A DNA stretch of 64,000 nucleotides from IMG/VR virus record IMGVR_UViG_3300037501_000255; one strand, written 5' to 3'. The stretch is from a virus (Duplodnaviria > Caudoviricetes). Numbering within the stretch: the stretch's first letter is position 1; each line of letters begins with the position of its first letter. This document shows, piece by piece, positions 37,758 to 47,260 of this stretch. The position numbers and the translations under genes were made by a program. The notes under the pieces were generated by a model. The model was not told the DNA's origin. It saw nothing but the letters and a program-made list of their open reading frames with translations, and searched no databases.

Positions 37758-38728
37758 CCAGACCTCGGTAGAGAAAGATCGTATTCAAACATCTCTTTCA
37801 GGAGAGACTGCCATGTGTACTCAGGACTCCAGCCAATGTCACGAATCTTTGAAGAATCACCTTTCAAAAATGGAACATCGCTAGGTCGCATAAATCGCTC
37901 ATCAGCTTGATATACCTCTGCTGGATTAAGGTGGGCCAGGGAGCATACGTATTCCAGCATCTGTCTAATAGTCGCCCCATCTCCTGTAGCAACAACATAA
38001 TCATCGGGCATGGTTTGCTGTAACATCAGATGCATAGCTCTCACAAAATCTTTGCTGTGTCCCTCATCCCTGAAGGCTTCTAGATTTCCCATTAATATTT
38101 TCTTTGAGCGGCCAGTTACAATATCTGCCACACCTCTTGTTATTTTACGCGTAGCAAAATCAATTCCTCTACGTGTAGAGGAATGATTAAATAGGATTCC
38201 GCTACTGGCGTGCAATCCATATGCTTCACGATAATTTTTTGTGGCATGAAATGCAGCGAGCTTGGCTATAGCATATGGGCTACGCGGATTCAGTGGTGAA
38301 GATTCGTCAAAGCCAGCAGGTGGGCAGTTGAGGCCGCCAAACATCTCTGATGTTGACGCATTGTAAAATCTGGTATTTGGAGAAAAATGTCGTATCGCCT
38401 CTAATTGAATTATGACGGCTTCTGCATTTACTCTGAATGTTTCTATTGGTATTTTAAAAGAATATCCAACATGGCTTTGTGCTGCCAGTCCGTAGACTTC
38501 GTCCGGCTGCACATCTTTAAAGAGGGAGTTGATGAATCCTGCGTCGCAAATATCTCCCTCTAAGAGGCGGAGATTGGGGTGTCCATAGGCATCACCGAGG
38601 TTGCTGAAATCGTTGCCCGAACTAACTCTTTTATATAGTCCGGTTACCTGATAGTCTAGTGATAGCAGATACTCAGCTAGAAAGCTCCCGTCCTGGCCGA
38701 GCACTCCTGTGATTATAGCTTTTTTCAC
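37754..38728 (-). CDS. gmd: GDP-mannose 4,6-dehydratase
   Basis: ITGVLGQDGS, LAAQSHV, ASTSEMFG, SPYAIAK, ILFNH and RKIT. Confidence 0.95.
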   Translation of the reverse strand: MKKAIITGVLGQDGSFLAEYLLSLDYQVTGLYKRVSSGNDFSNLGDAYGHPNLRLLEGDICDAGFINSLFKDVQPDEVYGLAAQSHVGYSFKIPIETFRVNAEAVIIQLEAIRHFSPNTRFYNASTSEMFGGLNCPPAGFDESSPLNPRSPYAIAKLAAFHATKNYREAYGLHASSGILFNHSSTRRGIDFATRKITRGVADIVTGRSKKILMGNLEAFRDEGHSKDFVRAMHLMLQQTMPDDYVVATGDGATIRQMLEYVCSLAHLNPAEVYQADERFMRPSDVPFLKGDSSKIRDIGWSPEYTWQSLLKEMFEYDLSLPRSG

Positions 38729-38730
38729 TT

Positions 38731-39855
38731 TCACTTCTCCTTCCATGACTTATACAGCGCTTCCAGGGTATTTTTCAGAGCAGCAAGCTGCTTGTCCCAA
38801 TTCAGTCGCCGCAGTAGATCTCCTCTGGCCGCGGCTGCCACTGCGCGAGCATCATCCTGATTTTTGTAAACATACAGCATTCTGTCTGCTAGCTGATCTA
38901 TATTGGGCTGTGCCCACCGCATATCGCCCGTATACCATCCGCCCAGATGCCTCATGTTAAATACAGGCTCGAGTTGATAGTCAATAAGATAGGAATTTTG
39001 ATCTGTCATGAACTCTAGGTTTCCGGAATACCTGGTACCGATAGTTGGGTTGCCTATCATCATTGATTCAATATATGGTAGACCGAGCCCCTCTGCTCTA
39101 GTAGGTAATACAAAGCAGTCGTGAGAGACATGCAGGTCTGTAATCAGCTGATCTGTGAGTTTTCCGTATTTCATAGTTATGAGCGGAGGGGAGCCTCCTT
39201 CAACAGAATCGCGGATAGCTAAAATTTCCTTGCGAAGAAAGTCCTCCTCCTCTTTTGAGTAGTTTTTTAGATATGTCTTTAGCGTCAGCGATACATTGCT
39301 ATTGCCCGCAAAAGCTGCTGTAAATGCTCTAATCAGTGCTGCTGGATTTTTACGTTCTGACCATTGAAAAATAGAGTAAAACTTGAAGTCTGGCTTCATG
39401 CCAATCCTTTGACGCTTGGCTGGATATAATTCCGGATCGATTCCCGGCACAGCAACCTCAACTGGTACGTTGACACCTGATGAAATAAATACTTCTTTGT
39501 TCCACTGACAAGGAACCAGGATGGCATCCATCTGGTTGCATTGCTGCACCCAGATTGGAGGTATCTTAGATGTCTCAAACATCGTAAAACCTATATTTAG
39601 AGCTCCTGGCTTTTTAAAGTTCTGATATACTTTTGGTATCATATTGATGATATTTATCTCAGGAGCTCTCACTCCTTTAGACAACATTGTGTTACATATA
39701 TCCCCATATGTGCCATGAGAAGCGTGTACCTGCTCAAAGCTAATTGGCTCCAGAGTTACATCCCATCCGGCACGGTACATCGCCACCGCCCAATTTCTAG
39801 CAAATTGCGCATAACCCGAGGAGTCCCTAAATGCTCCTACAAAATTTATCTTCAT
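38731..39855 (-). CDS. GT4-like glycosyltransferase
   Basis: SGYA, FETSKIP, SERKN and EGLGLPYIESM. Confidence 0.9.
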   Translation of the reverse strand: MKINFVGAFRDSSGYAQFARNWAVAMYRAGWDVTLEPISFEQVHASHGTYGDICNTMLSKGVRAPEINIINMIPKVYQNFKKPGALNIGFTMFETSKIPPIWVQQCNQMDAILVPCQWNKEVFISSGVNVPVEVAVPGIDPELYPAKRQRIGMKPDFKFYSIFQWSERKNPAALIRAFTAAFAGNSNVSLTLKTYLKNYSKEEEDFLRKEILAIRDSVEGGSPPLITMKYGKLTDQLITDLHVSHDCFVLPTRAEGLGLPYIESMMIGNPTIGTRYSGNLEFMTDQNSYLIDYQLEPVFNMRHLGGWYTGDMRWAQPNIDQLADRMLYVYKNQDDARAVAAAARGDLLRRLNWDKQLAALKNTLEALYKSWKEK

Positions 39856-40841
39856 TTCGCCGCCTCAATAATCTTGTGTGATGGCGCCGTTTTCTTAATA
39901 GCCTTCTTGGGCAAAATCAGCGCCGTAGCGGCCATCGCCAGAAGCCCAAAAAGTACGCCTCCGCTGCCGCTCGATTGCAGTTCGGTTTGTTCTTGAGGTA
40001 ATTCCTCTATCTCGGAAGCTGGCTCGGCTGCAGTCGCATCAGATAGGGCAGAGTGTAGCCATGCCTCAATTGCACTGGACAGCATTGCTGCAGACTTCTC
40101 ATAGGTAGCCATGGTAGTCTTGGATATCTCCTCTAGCCCGGCAATGTAGACATCGATTGATGGCAAATCGCGCACTTTGAATATCCGAAGGATGTTCCGT
40201 GCCGACAGTCCCCCAAGCATCATTAGAGTCTGCACGCGACCCGAGCATACTGATTGCGGTTCTATACGTATCAATTCAGCATACACGTCATACTCCATTG
40301 TTCCAATGGCACCTATGCAATCCCCCGCCTTATTGAAGCAGTATATTTCACCATTTTTAGTGAATGAAATAAGTGGTCCCATCTGTTTCCATGCATCATA
40401 TTCGCTCTCTGACAGCTTGATTCCGGAAAGATAATAAAGCCCCGTGTGCTGTGGCGATGTGTGCGAGACGGCTGGCCCATCAGTCCTATGTAGAACCCCA
40501 TGTCTGTACCACAATTCCTGTCCATCCTCCCTTATTACTGCAGGCATGCCTTCCGCGTGTCTGACGTTATCTTTGAAGAGCGAGAGTACCGAAATCCCTC
40601 CATCATCGGATCTTGTAGGATAAAGACCTTGACTGGTGCACAGTAACCACTGCTGCTTGGTTAGATTTATACCGTTGATATAGTATGCTAGGCTGGTGGC
40701 ATCGACCGACGCTGGGCCACTCAAGTTGTGGAGCTGATGCGTGGCTCGACTTCTTACTTCCCAGGCGGTTATCCCGCTTTGATCTTGTGAAGATGGGGTG
40801 GCATCAGCATCAATACTTACTAGTGGGCATGGTATAGCCAT
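39852..40841 (-). CDS. hypothetical protein with H(R/N)xxGPA-type repeats and C-terminal membrane anchor
   Basis: RHAEGMPAV, LHRTDGPAV; GGVLFGLLAMAATALILPKK; AGGAGG upstream. Confidence 0.8.
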   Translation of the reverse strand: MAIPCPLVSIDADATPSSQDQSGITAWEVRSRATHQLHNLSGPASVDATSLAYYINGINLTKQQWLLCTSQGLYPTRSDDGGISVLSLFKDNVRHAEGMPAVIREDGQELWYRHGVLHRTDGPAVSHTSPQHTGLYYLSGIKLSESEYDAWKQMGPLISFTKNGEIYCFNKAGDCIGAIGTMEYDVYAELIRIEPQSVCSGRVQTLMMLGGLSARNILRIFKVRDLPSIDVYIAGLEEISKTTMATYEKSAAMLSSAIEAWLHSALSDATAAEPASEIEELPQEQTELQSSGSGGVLFGLLAMAATALILPKKAIKKTAPSHKIIEAAK

Positions 40842-40951
40842 AATTCCTCCTGCGCGGGTGCGTGTGTGATCAATGCTGTATCGACCGCCGTGGCGCTATA
40901 GACGCAACGCATAATTCACCTGCCAGTTAAAAATTAATTAACTTTTTGAGT

Positions 40952-40980
40952 AAAAGAAAAGGCCGCTATGGGCGGCTTTT
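40952..40980 (-). terminator. Rho-independent terminator (possibly bidirectional)
   Basis: GCCGC-5nt-GCGGC stem flanked by A/T tracts; TTTTCTTTT follows on the minus strand. Confidence 0.75.
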
Positions 40981-41091
40981 CTACTTGAGAATCTTTCTGA
41001 GCTTTTCAGCGAGCCAAATGACTGCCTCCAGTATCTTGAGCAAGATAAGGCGCATTCTTACTAATTTATTCCAGTCATCTCTCCAACCCAT
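40981..41091 (-). CDS. 36-aa cationic amphipathic peptide
   Basis: Below the ORF-track cutoff: MGWRDDWNKLVRMRLILLKILEAVIWLAEKLRKILK; GGAG 6 nt upstream and a terminator directly downstream. Confidence 0.7.
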   Translation of the reverse strand: MGWRDDWNKLVRMRLILLKILEAVIWLAEKLRKILK

Positions 41092-41093
41092 GA

Positions 41094-41656
41094 TTATCTC
41101 CATTTTTTGTAAACTAGCGCATCGCGCAGCTTCTTTAGACCCTTTTTATTTATACTTGCTGTAGGTGTGCGACGTGAATTTTCTTTTCTCTGACAGAAGG
41201 TCCAGTCGTCTTTCGAGAGGAATGCTGCGTAAACGGCATCAATACTTACGCACGCCGCTGTGTTACGTATACTATATTTAATCGCTAGTATCCACCCTTC
41301 TTCAACATTGTGCCCCTGCCAGGTTGAGTTTTTTGAGGCTTTAATCTCTATACCGCAAGATCCTTTGAGGATATAGTTGTCCGCATACACATCTCGCGGC
41401 AGAAGATCTGGATATCCTCCAACGCGAGTATTTTTAACTAAGTCAGGAGATGCGCACTCCAGACTTGACACCATTAATTCGGAGACGATGCCTGAGAGGG
41501 CGTTTGGTGCGAGTACTTTGCAAAGTGATGGCAACCCATCAATCGCTGCAGCCTCATTAATCCTAAAAAATAGCGCTACACCTGCGCTACCGCAGCACTA
41601 ACATGTGATATTGTGAGTCCGTGCGGTAAAACTGGCGTGCTATTGTATGAGGCGGG
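41094..41656 (-). pseudogene. PD-(D/E)xK restriction-endonuclease-like gene, apparently 5-prime disrupted
   Basis: GYPDL...GIEIKAS...WQGHN...SRRTPTAS in ORF 41094-41534; a probable N-terminal remnant PASYNSTPVLPHGLTISHVSAAVAQV lies in another frame at 41579-41656. Confidence 0.5.
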
Positions 41657-42114
41657 CTAGAGCTCGATAGGGGGAAATGTCCTCTGAGTAATCGGGGGTC
41701 GTCGGGTATGAGAAATTCCCCTCTCACCACAGACCTGGGCGCATTGAAAGTATAATATAGTATGCGGTGAAAATCACGGAGGGCATAGTAGTCTGACTGA
41801 GGTGCGTACCTCCTGCACACTCCCAAAGTTAGTCGTCGAACTGATGGCAGAAGGGTTGGCAGTTGATCTTTTATCAGCGCCAGCCACTGAGCGAATGTTG
41901 CCGCCTGCTTGTCGTACACGGATAGCCTAGACTCGTACCTTGCCCTCTTTTGCTCGAATTTTGCCAGTATCATCTTTGTGCATGAGCTAATAACCCTAGT
42001 GCGGCGGGCTAGGCATATCCCTGCATTTAAGGGATTCTTCATGACTATATAATCTTCTAGAGAATGTCCTGATGGAATGCTAGCAATTAGCTCTGCGAGA
42101 GATGGGGGGTCCAT
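41587..42114 (-). CDS. hypothetical protein
   Basis: 175-aa ORF; the last ~25 codons overlap the nuclease remnant and may be spurious. Confidence 0.55.
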   Translation of the reverse strand: MDPPSLAELIASIPSGHSLEDYIVMKNPLNAGICLARRTRVISSCTKMILAKFEQKRARYESRLSVYDKQAATFAQWLALIKDQLPTLLPSVRRLTLGVCRRYAPQSDYYALRDFHRILYYTFNAPRSVVRGEFLIPDDPRLLRGHFPLSSSSPPHTIARQFYRTDSQYHMLVLR

Positions 42115-42272
42115 TTCCCTCTTCTTTGAAGAAAGAATTCTACCTTGTCTTCGTACAACTCATTTGTTCGGGGCGGGGATGGCGGTAGTGGGGCTATTGG
42201 CAGATCTTTGGGTTTTGCGGCGACCAACTCCGCTAGCTGTCTAAGTGGTGATTTCAATCTTTTTTTCAGCAT
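42087..42272 (-). CDS. hypothetical protein
   Basis: 61-aa ORF filling the gap between coding-strand genes. Confidence 0.45.
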   Translation of the reverse strand: MLKKRLKSPLRQLAELVAAKPKDLPIAPLPPSPPRTNELYEDKVEFFLQRRGKWTPHLSQS

Positions 42273-42672
42273 TGCCTATCCTCGATATTACCCAATCTAC
42301 TACAGGATATAGTCTATCCTTTACTTTTAGGCGGGCCTCTTCTGGAGACAGCCATACAAATCCGTGATGCTCCGTCATGCCAGTCTGCGGATTTGGAAGC
42401 AGGCGCACATCTCCCTCGGGGCATGATGCTAGAAAGTAGCACGCAACTTTTTTGCCCTTTTTATATGGCAACGATTCTTGAAAATCGAGGCCCCACTGAA
42501 ATTGAGGATCTGAGAGATTAGTCTCCTCAAATAATTCCCTAATTGCTGTTTGCAGCGGCGATTCATCTGGATCTGGCTTGCCCTTAGGGAAATCAAATGT
42601 GTCGTACACTCTCAATAGCAATATCTTATCTTCTCTGACGGGAACAATTCCGTAGGATATCTCTTTAATCAT
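42241..42672 (-). CDS. NUDIX hydrolase (Ap4A hydrolase-like)
   Basis: SYGIVP and FPKGKPDPDESPLQTAIRELFEETNL. Confidence 0.9.
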   Translation of the reverse strand: MIKEISYGIVPVREDKILLLRVYDTFDFPKGKPDPDESPLQTAIRELFEETNLSDPQFQWGLDFQESLPYKKGKKVACYFLASCPEGDVRLLPNPQTGMTEHHGFVWLSPEEARLKVKDRLYPVVDWVISRIGNAEKKIEITT

Positions 42673-42673
42673 G

Positions 42674-43495
42674 CTAGTAATTCTGTATCAGAACCTCAGG
42701 CACAGGACCGCGCCTGGCACCATTTGTATTTATGCTTCTTTTTGCAAAAACTATTGAAATATTGTATTCTCTGTACAGCTGTATGATTTCTTGTGAGTGC
42801 GAGTTTGAAACCAAAACCTTAGTGCGGCGTTCCGTAAGCACATCACAGAACTCTTTCAGGGCACGATGATCTGATATATCAAATCCCCCAGCGTTATATT
42901 GCGTGAAGTTTGCAGTCTCGCTTATCGGCAAATAGGGGGGATCGATGTATACCCAATCGTCCGCTTCGATTCTTGAGAGCAGCTCTGCGTAGCCAACATT
43001 CAGAATTTCACAGTTCTGGAGCGCTGCAGAGGCAGCGCGGATATTGTCAGCGTCAAAATCTACCCCGTCCCGCTTTCCAAAGGGAACATTGAAAAAGCCA
43101 GATGAATTAACTCTATAGAGTCCATTGAAACCCAGCTTGTTTAGATATATTGTTCTAGCTGCCTTCTGGCGCGCTGACCATTCAGCAAATTCCTCAGATT
43201 TCTCAATCTCTCTTATACGGTAGTATGATTCCGCATCCTGTCTTAGGTCTTGAAGTGCGGAGATTACTCCCTCCGGATCTTCCTTTACCTGGTGGTATGC
43301 GTTGACGAGCTCGGAATTGATATCGTTAATTATCGCGGGAGGAGGGCTTGCGCCTTCGGATAGGGCAAAGAATAGAGCTCCGCCACCAATCATTGGCTCA
43401 ATATATCTGCTGAAAGAAACTGGGCGCCTAGAGAGGATTTCTTCTAGCAGCTGACTTTTTCCACCCGCCCACTTTAAAAAAGGTCTCGCCATCAC
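42674..43495 (-). CDS. dam: Dam-family DNA adenine methyltransferase
   Basis: FLKWAGGK, EPMIGGGA, FNGLYRVNSSGFFNVPFG and DPPY. Confidence 0.95.
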   Translation of the reverse strand: MMARPFLKWAGGKSQLLEEILSRRPVSFSRYIEPMIGGGALFFALSEGASPPPAIINDINSELVNAYHQVKEDPEGVISALQDLRQDAESYYRIREIEKSEEFAEWSARQKAARTIYLNKLGFNGLYRVNSSGFFNVPFGKRDGVDFDADNIRAASAALQNCEILNVGYAELLSRIEADDWVYIDPPYLPISETANFTQYNAGGFDISDHRALKEFCDVLTERRTKVLVSNSHSQEIIQLYREYNISIVFAKRSINTNGARRGPVPEVLIQNY

Positions 43496-44913
43496 AAATC
43501 CTCTATCTGATCCAAATCAGCATCACGGGCATATGTTTCAATTAACTGGCCCCTGAGGCTTCTCCACTCTTCTGGGGTAAGACCCTCTTTAATCTCACGG
43601 AGGAGCGATAGGCTGTCATCATCGCTATCGTCTGATGATAATTCTTCATCTGACAACTCAGAGTCGTCATCATCGATGTCGTCGCTGTTATCGAAAGCCT
43701 TTTTCTCTATGGAAATTCTACTCTTATACTCTTCTATAGTATCGGCCAATTCCTGCTCAAACGTCTCATCTGAGAAGTTTCTGCTTTCTATCGCCAATTC
43801 TTTTAAGTAAGCTGGGCTAAGTCCTATCACTCTAGTTGCAATATTGGCAATTACCTCGCGTGGGACTGATGGATTGTACTGGCCAAAGTACATGCTGAGT
43901 ATAGTTTCGTATTCATACTCCTGGGGATAGCCGAAGTACATCATCTTATCAAATCTTCCGGGCCGCAGCAGTGCTGGATCTAACTTACCCAGGCTATTGA
44001 CTGTAGCAAAGATAATGACCTCGGGGTGAGATTGCTTGATATTTTCAAGCATAAATAGAGCCACATCTACAGAGCTGTAGGCCCTATCGAAATCTTCGAA
44101 AACCAGTATTTGAGGCCGCAATTGGTTGATGAAGAACTCGAGTTCACCAGTCTCAAGCGTTCTAGCTATAGCCGGATCTATCTTGATAATACGGCTAAAG
44201 TGACGATAGGCTATTTGCAGAACTGACGTTGTCTTGCCTACCCCCGGCGGGCCGTGAAATAGGAAGGATCTAGAGATCCCTTCTTCCTGCGATCTTTTTA
44301 GACGCGCACAGAATTTCTCTAGGTCGTACTTGCCAATGTATTCTGGCTTCGAGGCCGGCAACGAGCGCAGCTCCAGTGTATGCGTTTGCCTGTTGCGCTT
44401 CAGATAGATACCGTACGGATACAGGTTCCACAATCTATCAAATAGCAGATCGAAGTTGAAGTTCTTCGTGTAGAAGAAGTCCATTCCTACGTCTTCGCGG
44501 CGGCTCTGTCTATACGCGTCTGTTGAGTTCTTGTATTGTACGATGTACATCGAGCTATCATCTGTTAATTTAAGCTCTATCAGCTCCTCATTTTCTGAGG
44601 AAAATACTATATCCTTCTCTACTGAGGCAAAGAGCTCTGATGTGAATATGAGGATTGGAAGATGGCCGAACCCGTGTTCTACATCTAGAGTGGAGATGTA
44701 CGACTCCATCGGGGACAGTTGGGGGAGGTTGAATGATTCTGCCAGCGCATTTGCGACGCTTAGCCCAGCAGCTGTGATCGTTAGCGGATCACGCTGCTTC
44801 ATCAAATGCATCGTTTCAAGAAGATGATAGGAGAATTTGGACAGATTCCTGACTATGGGCTTGTTTAACTGGTTAACAACCTTGGTCAAGAATCGGCGTA
44901 GTTTCTTCTCCAC
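43492..44913 (-). CDS. AAA+ ATPase with acidic C-terminal tail
   Basis: GPPGVGKT, LVFEDFD and second region of homology LDPALLRPGRFD. Confidence 0.92.
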   Translation of the reverse strand: MEKKLRRFLTKVVNQLNKPIVRNLSKFSYHLLETMHLMKQRDPLTITAAGLSVANALAESFNLPQLSPMESYISTLDVEHGFGHLPILIFTSELFASVEKDIVFSSENEELIELKLTDDSSMYIVQYKNSTDAYRQSRREDVGMDFFYTKNFNFDLLFDRLWNLYPYGIYLKRNRQTHTLELRSLPASKPEYIGKYDLEKFCARLKRSQEEGISRSFLFHGPPGVGKTTSVLQIAYRHFSRIIKIDPAIARTLETGELEFFINQLRPQILVFEDFDRAYSSVDVALFMLENIKQSHPEVIIFATVNSLGKLDPALLRPGRFDKMMYFGYPQEYEYETILSMYFGQYNPSVPREVIANIATRVIGLSPAYLKELAIESRNFSDETFEQELADTIEEYKSRISIEKKAFDNSDDIDDDDSELSDEELSSDDSDDDSLSLLREIKEGLTPEEWRSLRGQLIETYARDADLDQIEDL

Positions 44914-44927
44914 GAATCACCTCTTTT

Positions 44928-45176
44928 TCACTCTTCGTCATATTCCTCATCTTCATCTGTTGCCGAAGAGATTCTGACTTTAACTGCATCACCAGTTTTG
45001 AGTAACTCATCTAATTGTTGGTCGCGCTTCGCCTCTTCTGCCGGCGAAGCCGGCGTTTCATCGCCCCTGCGCAGGGTCATAAACAGTCGAATATACTTCT
45101 GCGCATGAAACCCTAGAACAACTAGGCCGCCAACAGCACCAAGTAGCAGCGCCTTTTTGATAATAGACTTGTTCAT
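44928..45176 (-). CDS. small membrane-anchored protein
   Basis: N-terminal hydrophobic segment and acidic tail. Confidence 0.7.
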   Translation of the reverse strand: MNKSIIKKALLLGAVGGLVVLGFHAQKYIRLFMTLRRGDETPASPAEEAKRDQQLDELLKTGDAVKVRISSATDEDEEYDEE

Positions 45177-45178
45177 TT

Positions 45179-46795
45179 TTATCCTCTTTCTACCTTGAAT
45201 TTTTCAAGGTCTTTTGTTGTTATAGACTTATACGCCTCCAGCGTATATCTGGAAAGTAAATCTTTCCTGCCGGCAAACCGCGAGAAGGCTCCATCCAACA
45301 CATAAAACGTGGCATGATCGTCCTCCGAGCGCACAGCGCGTCCGTATGCCTGCATAACGGACGTGGCGACTTCGTTGTCATAATAATTGCTGTAAAGGGC
45401 CATCATGCGCTTCGTATAGTCGTCCAGTGTCGGGAATGGTAATTTAATCATTACCTGGAATCTAGCCAGATCATCTTTCAGATCAACCCCCTCTAGCATA
45501 GCTGGGGACACAAGAACGCTTGCATTTTTGGCTGACGCGTGCTTTACTAGATGCTTACTCTTATCTTGCCCCTGCTCAACCCAAACAAAGCGCTTGTCGT
45601 GTTTGAATAACTTTTGTAGCTGACGAAAGAAGGAGTAATTGGAGCAGTGAATTATTCCCTTATCCCGGGCGTGCTTCTCCAAAATTACTCTAAGAGCTGC
45701 AATCGTAGGGTGTGTAGATGTGAATTCGGTTTTGTAATTGAGTGCTGGCAGGTCCTTTACAAAAAGGAGCGGGCGCTTTTCCTTTGGAAAGGATGACGGG
45801 ATGTCAATGACCTCAATCTCGTCATCTGATATGTTGAATATCTCACAAAAATTCTTTGGGAATGTTGCGGATAATAGAAGGACTTTTTTGAAAGGGTAGA
45901 ATATAATATTCTTAAGATATTTGAAGTTGACTGGCTTAATGTCAACCTCCGAGCCTTTATCGTCTATGAAGAACTTATTCTTGTCTTCTATTTCAAACTG
46001 AGATATGAATGAGGTGTTTATATTAAACTTGTATAGTTCCGGCGCAGCCTTTAAATCCCCTTCTTTTTTGAGAAGTTCTGAGGAGAGGAGAACGTGGCGC
46101 GCTAACCATTGGGCGGGGGATTCGCCCTGTCTGCGGCGAGCATCCTTACCTAAAAGATTCTCTACCGCTGTTTCAGAAATTTTATACCCAAATACCGAGC
46201 GAGCTTTGGACATCAGGTGATGTGCTTCATCGAAGACTACATTCTCACCGAAATTAGTACCCTCGCTAGGGTTTAGCGGAGTTTTCTTTAAGTGGAAGAA
46301 GAGGTCGTAGTTGACCACCGGGCTTGGCTTTACTGGAATGCTGCTGATTAGCTTGTAGTACTCGCATATGCCCGCACTAGTGCATCGCCCCTTGAGAGTC
46401 ATGGCCGGAGCATGTTCCTTCTTGAGTTCCTTTTCCCAATCTGTCATATCGGCATACTCGCGAGTAGCCGCGTCGGAACAGCATATGGCCTGGTCTACAG
46501 TCAGGTGTTTGAATGCCTTTAGCCCACAACGATAGTTGCTTTTTCCAAATATTGTGTACTCTGTGCCAAACTCTTTCGTGTCTGCATATTGGTTCTGCAG
46601 GATTTTTGTAGGTGTAAGTATGGCAGATCTAAAATGCCTTGCAAAAGCCACTGCGACAGCAGATTTTCCGCTGCCCGTTGGAGCATTGATCATAACAAAT
46701 TTCTTGCCTGAGTCAAATGCTGCCTCTGCATCAGCAAGGGCATCTTCGATGTATGGTCTGAACTTTGGAAAAGGATACTTTGATGCGAGTGACAT
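45179..46795 (-). CDS. DinG/YoaA/XPD-family SF2 helicase with Fe-S Cys residues
   Basis: APTGSGKS, NYRC...CC...C...C, FDEAHH, SAT, EGVD and QAYGRAVRSEDD. Confidence 0.93.
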   Translation of the reverse strand: MSLASKYPFPKFRPYIEDALADAEAAFDSGKKFVMINAPTGSGKSAVAVAFARHFRSAILTPTKILQNQYADTKEFGTEYTIFGKSNYRCGLKAFKHLTVDQAICCSDAATREYADMTDWEKELKKEHAPAMTLKGRCTSAGICEYYKLISSIPVKPSPVVNYDLFFHLKKTPLNPSEGTNFGENVVFDEAHHLMSKARSVFGYKISETAVENLLGKDARRRQGESPAQWLARHVLLSSELLKKEGDLKAAPELYKFNINTSFISQFEIEDKNKFFIDDKGSEVDIKPVNFKYLKNIIFYPFKKVLLLSATFPKNFCEIFNISDDEIEVIDIPSSFPKEKRPLLFVKDLPALNYKTEFTSTHPTIAALRVILEKHARDKGIIHCSNYSFFRQLQKLFKHDKRFVWVEQGQDKSKHLVKHASAKNASVLVSPAMLEGVDLKDDLARFQVMIKLPFPTLDDYTKRMMALYSNYYDNEVATSVMQAYGRAVRSEDDHATFYVLDGAFSRFAGRKDLLSRYTLEAYKSITTKDLEKFKVERG

Positions 46796-47254
46796 TTATT
46801 CTCCGCTGGAGCCGAAACCTCCAGTTCCACGCTCAGATATATACAGCGGTGTGGCGTAAAGCTCCTCTTCTGATTCACACTCAAATGCCCTGAAGTGGAC
46901 CACTGGAATCAAAAGTAACTGCGCCACTCTGTCCCCATGTGAGATTTTTTGTACAGAGAGCCCATCATTGTGGAGATTTATCATTATCTCCCCCTTGTAA
47001 CCAGGATCAATTACTTGAGCTCCTACCTTTAACACTTTTTCTGACGCTAGACCAGATCGATTCATGACTAATAGGGCGTAGCCGTGAGGCACGTGGGTTT
47101 TGAGTCCGGTCTTGAGTTTAACACTCTCGCCTGGCTTCAGCTCCAATTCTGGTAACTCTGGAGAGAACCATCGGATATCGGCGCCGGCATCTGAAGCGTT
47201 TTTTCGTGTAGGTAGCGTTACATCCGGATGAAGTTTTAGAAATTGGAGAAGCAT
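46796..47254 (-). CDS. dut: trimeric dUTPase
   Basis: AGAD, RSGLA, VIDPGYKGE and RGTGGFGSSG. Confidence 0.97.
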   Translation of the reverse strand: MLLQFLKLHPDVTLPTRKNASDAGADIRWFSPELPELELKPGESVKLKTGLKTHVPHGYALLVMNRSGLASEKVLKVGAQVIDPGYKGEIMINLHNDGLSVQKISHGDRVAQLLLIPVVHFRAFECESEEELYATPLYISERGTGGFGSSGE

Positions 47255-47260
47255 AATACC

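Noticed and set aside
41576-41659. TAG recoding (genetic code 15) suggested by TAG codons in the nuclease remnant
   Set aside because: Trigger factor and others end naturally at TAG, and coding density under the standard code is already near complete.
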